Assembly: GCA_029856145.1 (NCBI GenBank) | Contig: JAHQWK010000004.1 | Location: forward strand, 32,001-96,000 | Reading direction: 5' to 3' | DNA: 64,000 nucleotides | Source: Promethearchaeia archaeon | Lineage (GTDB): Archaea > Asgardarchaeota > Lokiarchaeia > Sigyniarchaeales > SOKP01 | Shown here: positions 9,984-17,585 of the stretch, piece by piece | Layout of the letters: each line of letters begins with the position of its first letter | Position numbering within the stretch: position 1 is the first letter of the stretch | Position numbers and translations under genes: made by a program | Notes under the pieces: generated by a model | What the model was told of the DNA's origin: nothing | Database searches by the model: none | What the model saw: the letters and a program-made list of their open reading frames with translations, nothing else

Positions 9984-10835
9984 ATGAGACTACAATATTA
10001 TGAAACAATGGATGATAAATCGAAAGAATATGTATTGTATCTTATCGAGCAGATTGTTCCACAATTTACTAAAAGTGAACTGGATACCTTTTTACAAGAT
10101 CTTACTATAAAACCTACTAAGAAAAGTAAGAGTTCAAAATCAAAATCAGATCAAAAATACATTCAAATTGGGAATGATATTGGAAAAACTGCTGATTTAT
10201 CCAAACTAACTAAAGAACAATTAAGATTATGTTTTCAAATATTTATAAGTAGAGAAAAAAATGATACATTTGCAGTAAAGTGGCGTTTTTATCAATACAT
10301 TAAATACGTGTTAAATCTAAATATAAAATCAGTAAAAATAAATCTTGATCCAAATATTGATCGATTATTAGATTTTATTATTGAAACTGTCGATAAGGAA
10401 ATAATTCTAGTTTTATGCTATGATGTTTTAGAATTAAAAGACTTTAATACAGCAATAAATCAATTAAATGAATTTGCAAAAAAACAAAATTTAATTCCTG
10501 ATAGGATTATTTTTACGACAAGTAAATCATTCCGGAATATACCAATTGATAGTCCTATTAAAATCATAAATAAGGAAATAGAACCAGAGTTATGGATCGA
10601 ATGGATTGAAGAAAATTGCCCTTTCAATAAAGAAGACTTGTTAATTTTAAATAACTCTGAATTAAAAGTTGCAGGTTTTAATTTTACCAGTACAGACGAT
10701 TTATTAAATTATATTTTTAAGTATTCAAATGGCGGGGGTCAAATTTCAATTTATAAGCAATTAGATTTTTTTACTGAAGTTAGTGAGGAGGAACCCGAAG
10801 TAGAATTAATTTGGAAAGGAATTATGTTAAAATAA
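9984..10835 (+). CDS. Hypothetical protein in the che cluster, possibly a degenerate PD-(D/E)XK-like fold
   Basis: 283-aa ORF with SD GGAGG; LDFIIET..EIILVLC resembles a nuclease core but lacks the ExK motif. Confidence 0.55.
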   Translation: MRLQYYETMDDKSKEYVLYLIEQIVPQFTKSELDTFLQDLTIKPTKKSKSSKSKSDQKYIQIGNDIGKTADLSKLTKEQLRLCFQIFISREKNDTFAVKWRFYQYIKYVLNLNIKSVKINLDPNIDRLLDFIIETVDKEIILVLCYDVLELKDFNTAINQLNEFAKKQNLIPDRIIFTTSKSFRNIPIDSPIKIINKEIEPELWIEWIEENCPFNKEDLLILNNSELKVAGFNFTSTDDLLNYIFKYSNGGGQISIYKQLDFFTEVSEEEPEVELIWKGIMLK

Positions 10836-10878
10836 TAATACTCAAAAAGAAGAGGATAAAATACAAGAGGTATAAGAT

Positions 10879-12858
10879 ATGATAAAAAGCGAAACAGAAG
10901 GAATTGAGTTTGGAGAAAGTGTAAATGTTGTAATAATTCAAGTTCTTGATGAGAAATATCTCATTGAAGTAGAAAATGTTAAAGAAATATATGTCCCAGG
11001 AGATAAAATAGTTCCAATTCCATTAACAGAAAAAAGTATAGTTGGTATCATTAATATTAGGGGAGAGATTTATTCAATCATTTCATTAAGACATAATATT
11101 AATGATAATGATGTTGATTATGGGTTGAGTGATAAATCAAGAATTCTATTATTAGAATATAAAGATTTAAAAATTGCATTGTTAGTAGATGCAGTAATAG
11201 GAGTTAAAGATATTCCTTTTTCAGTCTTTAAAAAACAGGGCACGATTGTAAAAACTAATATTGATTTTAGATTAATTAAACTAACAGGCATTTTTCAAGA
11301 TGAATCATTAATATTATTAGATCTAGATGCTTTAATTTTACCCTACATTAAATCCTTAGGTAGAAAAATAGAGAAAAAGGTAGAAGCAAAACCGAAAATT
11401 ATTGGAGGACCTAAAGTAAAACCCAAACTATCTCCTAAACCGACACCTACAGTTGAATCCACAGTTGTAATCCCTCAGGAAACCTACGTTCCAATGAACT
11501 TATCATCCATTCCTGAAGATGAAATTGGCAAGGGGGTTTCTTTATCAGCTGAACAAGAAGATATACTCAAAGAAATAGGCAATATTGGTGCTGGAAATGC
11601 GGTCACAGCCTTATCTCGATTAGTTAAAAAGAAAATTGATGTGACCTTAACTGATGTAGGAATAATACCTTTAGATGAATTGCCAGAACAATTTGGTGGA
11701 TCTAAAGAGAAGGTATGTGGAATTTTCTGCCATATAGATAAACCATCTCAAGCAACTATTTTAAATATTTTCGAAATGACTCCTTTGATGCAAATGATTG
11801 CAGATTTAGCAGGAAAAAAATCTAAAATCAATCCAAGTAAAGTTAAAACTAAAAAAGATCTTGATGATTTTGCAGTTTCTACAATTGTAGAAATGGGAAA
11901 TATTATGGCGGGGCATTATGCTTCAGCACTAGCAGATTTATTAGGTACAAAATTAATGATTGACATTCCTGAATTTACGATGAGTGAAGCTGGAGAGATT
12001 GGAGAATTTCTAACTAAAGAGTTGAAATCAATTGCTGAATTTTTCATAATAATCAAAACTTCAATAAAAGTCGCCGATTTGAAACTTAAAGGAATGTTTT
12101 TCTTTATCCCTGATCTTGAAACTTTGAAAATATTTTTCGACAAACTAGGAATAGAGCATGAAATATCTATCAAAAGTTTAAAAACTCAGAAAACACTTGA
12201 GCTAATAGATGTTTCTAATATAAAACTCACAGAAATTCAAAGAGATGCTTTACAAGAAGTTGGTAATATTGGTGCAGGAAATGCGGCTAATGCATTAGCT
12301 CAAATGATTAATAAAAGAGTTGATATAAATATCCCATCTGTTGAAATGGTTGAATTAGATGAGTATGCTAATACAATTAGTAATAAGAATGAAAAACTCT
12401 TAGTTGCTTGGAGCAATGTTATTGGTAAAACAAGAGCTACAGTTTTAACATTGTTTAACATTAAAGATGCAATTGATATAACATCCATAATCTTAGATGA
12501 TAGAGACAAGAAACAAATTGACTTAAGGAAGAAAATTATTATGGCATCAGATTTTCCAGAGCTTTATCATAGTGCAATTTCAGAACTAGGTCACATCTTG
12601 GGAAGCCATTATGTAAGTGCAATAGGTGATCTATTAGGCCTGCGACTCATGACCGAGCCCCCTGATGTCTCTGTCGATACAGGAAACCAATTATTCGAAA
12701 TATTAAAAGAGGAAATTGGTTTACTTAAGAAATTATCGTTAGTTATCACAACGAGCGTTATAATCACAGATATCAAAATTACAGGAACGTTCTTATTCAT
12801 ACCTAATTTAGAAACATTACAAGAATTATTGGATGCACTTTTAAGGTTTTATTCATAA
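10879..12858 (+). CDS. CheW-CheC-CheC fusion protein
   Basis: N-terminal CheW domain (VKEI, IVPIP, VGIINIRGEI, LLVDAVIGV), Pro/Lys linker, then two CheC domains (EIGNIGAG/EMGNIMAG and EVGNIGAG/ELGHILGS). Confidence 0.9.
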   Translation: MIKSETEGIEFGESVNVVIIQVLDEKYLIEVENVKEIYVPGDKIVPIPLTEKSIVGIINIRGEIYSIISLRHNINDNDVDYGLSDKSRILLLEYKDLKIALLVDAVIGVKDIPFSVFKKQGTIVKTNIDFRLIKLTGIFQDESLILLDLDALILPYIKSLGRKIEKKVEAKPKIIGGPKVKPKLSPKPTPTVESTVVIPQETYVPMNLSSIPEDEIGKGVSLSAEQEDILKEIGNIGAGNAVTALSRLVKKKIDVTLTDVGIIPLDELPEQFGGSKEKVCGIFCHIDKPSQATILNIFEMTPLMQMIADLAGKKSKINPSKVKTKKDLDDFAVSTIVEMGNIMAGHYASALADLLGTKLMIDIPEFTMSEAGEIGEFLTKELKSIAEFFIIIKTSIKVADLKLKGMFFFIPDLETLKIFFDKLGIEHEISIKSLKTQKTLELIDVSNIKLTEIQRDALQEVGNIGAGNAANALAQMINKRVDINIPSVEMVELDEYANTISNKNEKLLVAWSNVIGKTRATVLTLFNIKDAIDITSIILDDRDKKQIDLRKKIIMASDFPELYHSAISELGHILGSHYVSAIGDLLGLRLMTEPPDVSVDTGNQLFEILKEEIGLLKKLSLVITTSVIITDIKITGTFLFIPNLETLQELLDALLRFYS

Positions 12859-12882
12859 AAAATTTACTAAAAGTAATCTAAA

Positions 12883-12896
12883 TTTTTTTTCTTTTT
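12883..12896 (+). terminator. Candidate archaeal oligo-T terminator after cheW-cheC-cheC
   Basis: TTTTTTTTCTTTTT 25 nt after the stop codon. Confidence 0.4.
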
Positions 12897-12945
12897 AAAA
12901 ATTTAAAATAAAAAACAAGAATATCCAAATCAAATATAAATTCTC

Positions 12946-12952
12946 TATAAAA
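12946..12952 (+). promoter_or_regulatory. Candidate TATA box for a leaderless gelsolin-cheR-cheB-cheD-cheC-cheB transcript
   Basis: TATAAAA begins 28 nt upstream of ATG 12974, which has no SD; AT-rich background limits certainty. Confidence 0.4.
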
Positions 12953-12973
12953 TACAAAGAAACAATCGATCTC

Positions 12974-13519
12974 ATGTTAAAAACTAGTTATTACGATTAT
13001 ATTTATAAAGTTGATGGAGAAACTCTTAAACTTCGACCAGAGAAAATTTTTGAAGCTGGGGGGGTATATCTAATTATAGATAAAGAATTAAAATTGATTT
13101 GGATATGGGCAGGTAATCATTCACGTTTATTTCACAGATACATGGCCGCAAATTATGCTGGGAAACTAAAAACAAAGAAAAAATTCTATAACTTCAAATA
13201 TGAAGTCATAAAGCAAGGGCTTGAACCTACTGAATTTCATATAATCTTTAAGGAAATCAAAGAGAACAATGCTGAATTGAATTATCCTGGACAATCTAGA
13301 CATGGAATGATTAAAAATGAGACTTCTGGTTCAACTGGTTTACCAAGCCAGAAAGTCGAATCAGAAATTACGGAAAGTAATTTAAATTTATCAAGATCAG
13401 TGAAATCTCGTATTAAAAAGATTTTATCTGAAATTAAAGAAATACAAATGCATATAAAATATTCAATGAATCATATTCAACAACGTTTTGCTGAAATTGA
13501 AAAGGTATTAGATAAATAA
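12974..13519 (+). CDS. Gelsolin/villin-like single-domain protein with a C-terminal coiled coil
   Basis: IYKV...VYLIID...IWIWAG..S...AA.YA..L...VIKQG.EP.EF is the gelsolin-repeat consensus; C-terminal heptads IKKILSEIKEIQMHIKYSMNHIQQRFAEIEKVL. Confidence 0.85.
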   Translation: MLKTSYYDYIYKVDGETLKLRPEKIFEAGGVYLIIDKELKLIWIWAGNHSRLFHRYMAANYAGKLKTKKKFYNFKYEVIKQGLEPTEFHIIFKEIKENNAELNYPGQSRHGMIKNETSGSTGLPSQKVESEITESNLNLSRSVKSRIKKILSEIKEIQMHIKYSMNHIQQRFAEIEKVLDK

Positions 13520-13530
13520 AGTGTTTAGAA

Positions 13531-13737
13531 GTGATACGAATTGATGATATTCAAATTGATGAGGATTACTATGACCTTCTAATTCACTTATTAATGAAAA
13601 CGACTGGATTGAATTTAGACTATTATGGAAGAAATTTTGTAGAAAAAAGAATTAAATCCAGAATGATACGAGTTAACTCTCAGAGAGACTTAAACTTAAT
13701 AGATTCATCAAATTGCATATATATGAAAGATTATTAA
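13531..13737 (+). pseudogene. cheR: cheR remnant: N-terminal domain fused in frame to a C-terminus-like tail, SAM-binding domain missing
   Basis: YDLLIHLLMKTTGLNLDYYGRNFVEKRIKSRMIRVN matches the CheR N-terminal domain; ends ...NCIYMK like CheR C-termini; only 68 aa; sits directly before cheB. Confidence 0.8.
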
Positions 13738-13742
13738 AGAAA

Positions 13743-14888
13743 ATGTCAATTAATGTATTAGTTGCAGAAGACTCAAGTTTTCAGAGAAAATTGATTGCAG
13801 ATATGTTATTAACAAGTGAGGAAATTGCAACTGTAGATATTGCAAGAAATGGGAGAGAAGCAATTGAAAAAATTGAAAATACAAATCCAGATGTATTAAT
13901 ATTAGATTTAATGATGCCAGAAGTTGATGGAATAACCGTATTCAAGTTTCTTTCAGAACATTATCCAATACCTACAATTATATTTTCTGCTAAGAATCCA
14001 GAAACATTAGAACCTTCCGTTCAAACATTATTAATGGGGGCTTTTGATTTTTTACCAAAACCTCAAGGTTTATGGGAAGAGGAATTCCCAAAATATAAAG
14101 AAAAATTAGTTTCTAGTACTTTATATGCTGGAAAAATTAAAAAAACCTATGAGAAGCGTAATCTTTTAATTAAAAAATCAGCTGCTAAACCTCCTTCTTT
14201 GGATGCATATAGCGAGCAATATCAGATAAGTATAAAATCAAAACCAAAAATAATAGAGGTTCCAAAGGAAAAAATAATGAAAAGAAGTAGGATACAATCC
14301 AATACAATAGTCATTGGTACTAGCACTGGGGGCCCTAGAACTTTAAAATCAATATTAAAAGAAATCCCTAAAGATTTTCCTAGCCCAATTTTAATAGTAC
14401 AGCATTTAGATCCATACTTCATGAAAGAACTTTCAAAATCTCTAAATCAAATATGCAATATTGAAATTAAAATTCCTGTAAATGGAGAAAAAATTCTTCC
14501 TGGAAAAGCTTATCTTAGTCCAGGAGGAAAACACATGAAAGTTGTTCTGAGAAATAATATACCATGTATTAAAATATTTAAAGGCGAACCAGTAAATTTC
14601 TGCATGCCTTCTGTGGATGTATTGTTTTTTTCAGCAGCAGAAGTATATAAAAATCAAATACTTGGGATTTTATTAACCGGATTAGGAGAGGATGGGGCTG
14701 CCGGATTAGAAGCAATCAAAAAACAAGGTGGCAAAACTATCGCTGAATCAGAGCAAACGTGTGTAGTTTATGGTATGCCTAAAGCAGCTGTAAAAAGAGG
14801 AGCTGCTAACTTTATTGTCCCAAACTATGAAATTAAAGATCACATGATGAGATTTACTAAAAGAAAGGAAATTAACATAACAAATTAA
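13743..14888 (+). CDS. cheB: Chemotaxis methylesterase/deamidase CheB (REC plus esterase), copy 1
   Basis: REC AEDS..LDLMMP..KP; catalytic GTSTGG, VQH, LLTGLGEDG, VVYGMP; start moved to ATG 13743 to avoid overlap with cheR. Confidence 0.95.
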   Translation: MSINVLVAEDSSFQRKLIADMLLTSEEIATVDIARNGREAIEKIENTNPDVLILDLMMPEVDGITVFKFLSEHYPIPTIIFSAKNPETLEPSVQTLLMGAFDFLPKPQGLWEEEFPKYKEKLVSSTLYAGKIKKTYEKRNLLIKKSAAKPPSLDAYSEQYQISIKSKPKIIEVPKEKIMKRSRIQSNTIVIGTSTGGPRTLKSILKEIPKDFPSPILIVQHLDPYFMKELSKSLNQICNIEIKIPVNGEKILPGKAYLSPGGKHMKVVLRNNIPCIKIFKGEPVNFCMPSVDVLFFSAAEVYKNQILGILLTGLGEDGAAGLEAIKKQGGKTIAESEQTCVVYGMPKAAVKRGAANFIVPNYEIKDHMMRFTKRKEINITN

Positions 14889-14912
14889 TAATTTAACTTT
14901 TTAAATTTAAAG

Positions 14913-15452
14913 GTGAATAATATTAAAACCTATGGACGTATTGAAAAAATGGATAGAAATGGTGAGGCTTTCTTACCCATAGGTCATTATTTTATCACAA
15001 ATTGTAAGAATAAACCAAAAAATATTCATCCAAAAGTATCAATTTATGGATTAGGCTCTTGTATTGCTCTAATTCTTATTGATTTCAAAAATAAAGTATG
15101 TGGAATGTCTCACATTTTACTTCCTAAAGCCCGTCTAAATAAAACAATAGATTATCCTCATAAATATGCAGATCTCTCTTTAAAATTATTAATTCAAGAT
15201 CTAAAAAAGCATGGAGCTGTGAAAGAAAACATAATGGCAATCATAGTAGGGGGTTCAAAAATTTTTAATTTAGATGAAAATTTTATGGGGATTGATAATA
15301 CTAAAGCTATTAAAGAACAATTGGAAAAATTAAAGATTAAAGTTATCGGAGAAGATACTGGAGGATCTGAAGGGAGGGGGATAATATTTGATACTAAAGA
15401 TTTCGCTGTTTACGTTAAATTAACAAGAGAACAAAATTATAAAAAAATTTAA
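14913..15452 (+). CDS. cheD: Chemoreceptor glutamine deamidase CheD
   Basis: GLGSCIAL, GMSHILLP, KYAD, GGSKIF, EDTGG..GR. Confidence 0.93.
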   Translation: MNNIKTYGRIEKMDRNGEAFLPIGHYFITNCKNKPKNIHPKVSIYGLGSCIALILIDFKNKVCGMSHILLPKARLNKTIDYPHKYADLSLKLLIQDLKKHGAVKENIMAIIVGGSKIFNLDENFMGIDNTKAIKEQLEKLKIKVIGEDTGGSEGRGIIFDTKDFAVYVKLTREQNYKKI

Positions 15453-15496
15453 TATATAAAAAGAGAATGTCATAAAAATTGGAAGAGGAAATAAAA

Positions 15497-16165
15497 ATGA
15501 ATGAAAAGGTCACAAATCAATCTGCTAAGATAAACCTAACAGAAGCACAATTGGATATGTTAAAAGAAATTGGCAATATCGGTTCTGGACATGCAATAAC
15601 AGCACTTTCTGAGATATTGAATAAAAATGTAGAAGTTTCATTAACATCAGCAGAAATACATTCCTTTTGGAAAGTTCCAGATCTGTTTGATAATCATAAT
15701 ATAGAAGTAGTAGTTATATATTCTGAAATTCCCTTTAATTCGGATCTCGCAATTATCCAAATATTTCCCAAAGAATCAATAATTAATCTGATAAATTTAT
15801 TAAACGATTATGATAAAAAATCCATAGATAATGTAAATAGCAATAATGATTTGGACGATTTCTCCTATAGCATTATAAATGAAATCGGTAATATTTTGAG
15901 TGGCCATTATGCTAGTGCTTTAGCAGATTTGTTGTCAATTAAACTAATCCCAAAGGTGCCAAAAGTAGCAATTGATACATTAAATGCCATCCTAAATTGC
16001 ATTATCGCAAAATATTCCCAATTGATAGATTATTTGATATTAATAAATACAAAATTAATAGTTTCAGATTTGAATATAAATGGAACAATTTGCCTTATTC
16101 CAAGTATTGAAATTCTAAGGAGTTTATTTGAGATTTTAAACGTAAAATATGATATGAACTTATAA
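15497..16165 (+). CDS. cheC: CheY-P phosphatase CheC
   Basis: DMLKEIGNIGSGHAITALS and EIGNILSG..P motifs; SD GAGG before ATG 15497 (TTG 15479 is an alternative start). Confidence 0.93.
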   Translation: MNEKVTNQSAKINLTEAQLDMLKEIGNIGSGHAITALSEILNKNVEVSLTSAEIHSFWKVPDLFDNHNIEVVVIYSEIPFNSDLAIIQIFPKESIINLINLLNDYDKKSIDNVNSNNDLDDFSYSIINEIGNILSGHYASALADLLSIKLIPKVPKVAIDTLNAILNCIIAKYSQLIDYLILINTKLIVSDLNINGTICLIPSIEILRSLFEILNVKYDMNL

Positions 16166-16178
16166 GTAGGAGTTTTAT

Positions 16179-17555
16179 ATGTCGATAGACGTATTAATAG
16201 CCGATGACAGTATGTATTTAAGAAAGAGTATAGCAGATATCCTTAAAGAACATGATTTAATAAATATAGTTGATTATGCTAAGGACGGAATTGAAGCGGT
16301 TAAATTTGTAAAAAAATACAGCCCTGATGTTTTAGTTTTAGACTTAGTGATGCCTAAAATGAACGGATTAGATGCATTCAAACTAATTATGGAAGGCCAT
16401 CCAACTCCTACAGTTATTCTATCAGCTATTAGCCCTAAAAATTTGGATTCCTCTATTCAAGCATTGTTAATGGGAGCTTTTGATTATATTATAAAACCTG
16501 GAGGCCTTGGTGCTAAAGATTTGCCTAGGTTTCGTGAAGAATTACTTGCTAAAGTATTATTAGCTTCACAATCTCAGATAAAGAGAATTTTTAAGACAGA
16601 AGAAAATTTATTAAGTAAGCGTAAATCACTTCGCCAAGAAATGATCGATCGAATTTTTGATTTTGGACAATACATAAATCAACTAAAACCTATTGAAGAA
16701 ATTGAAGAAAAACGGGAAATTGACTCTTTTGAAATAATGAAAGTAAAGGCAATTCTCAAGGATGAAATTAAACCAGCAGTAATTGATGAAACCTCCAGTA
16801 AAACAGAAATCAAATCAACTAAAAAACTAGAGGGTGAAATCAGTTCAAAAATACAATCAAAATCAAGTGAATCATTAAAAATACTTAAAACAAGAAAACA
16901 GAAATTAGCTTCTGTATTAGATAATAAAAAGAAAGAAGTTGCATCCATTCCTGATCTTTCCCCTGTTAGAGGATTTGCTTTAACTTCAAATGTTATAGTT
17001 ATGGGTGCTAGTGTGGGGGGCCCCAGAACAATTACTACAATCTTAAGAGAAATTCCCAGAAATTATAACACTCCAATTTTAATTGTTCAACACTTATCTT
17101 CTCATTTTACAGAAGCTTTTGCAGATAATTTAAATATGGAATGCGAATTAGAAATAAAAGTTGCGAAAAACGGAGATCAACTTCAATCAGGTCAAGTTTA
17201 TATCGCACCTGGAGATAAGCATATGGAAATTACCGTAGATAATAAAACACCTTCAATTAAAATCTATAAGGGAGCACCAGTTAATTTTTGTATGCCTTCT
17301 ATCGATGTTTTATTTTTTTCTGCGGCAAAAATTTTTAGAAATCGAGCTATGGGGATACTTCTAACCGGTATGGGTTCTGATGGTGTTGAAGGGTTAGGAG
17401 CAATAAAAAGAGTAGGCGGAAAAACAATCTCCGAGGCAGAGGAAACATGTATACTATATGCAATGCCAAAATTCGCAGTAGAAAAAGGTTTCGCTGATTT
17501 TATCTTGCCAAATTATGAAATTAAAGATCAAATTACTAAATTCATTAAAAATTAA
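16179..17555 (+). CDS. cheB: CheB copy 2 with a long charged interdomain linker
   Basis: REC ADDS..LDLVMP..KP; roughly 130-aa Lys/Glu/Ser-rich linker; GASVGG, VQH, LLTGMGSDG. Confidence 0.93.
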   Translation: MSIDVLIADDSMYLRKSIADILKEHDLINIVDYAKDGIEAVKFVKKYSPDVLVLDLVMPKMNGLDAFKLIMEGHPTPTVILSAISPKNLDSSIQALLMGAFDYIIKPGGLGAKDLPRFREELLAKVLLASQSQIKRIFKTEENLLSKRKSLRQEMIDRIFDFGQYINQLKPIEEIEEKREIDSFEIMKVKAILKDEIKPAVIDETSSKTEIKSTKKLEGEISSKIQSKSSESLKILKTRKQKLASVLDNKKKEVASIPDLSPVRGFALTSNVIVMGASVGGPRTITTILREIPRNYNTPILIVQHLSSHFTEAFADNLNMECELEIKVAKNGDQLQSGQVYIAPGDKHMEITVDNKTPSIKIYKGAPVNFCMPSIDVLFFSAAKIFRNRAMGILLTGMGSDGVEGLGAIKRVGGKTISEAEETCILYAMPKFAVEKGFADFILPNYEIKDQITKFIKN

Positions 17556-17585
17556 CATTTTATAAATTAAAATTAATTTTCCATT

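Noticed and set aside
13713-13742. Upstream TTG start for cheB
   Set aside because: Overlaps the cheR remnant; the REC domain begins at ATG 13743
2713-17585. che cluster as a tRNA-Gly-integrated island
   Set aside because: No integrase and no duplicated tRNA 3' end seen near 17555-17586; composition looks like the rest of the window
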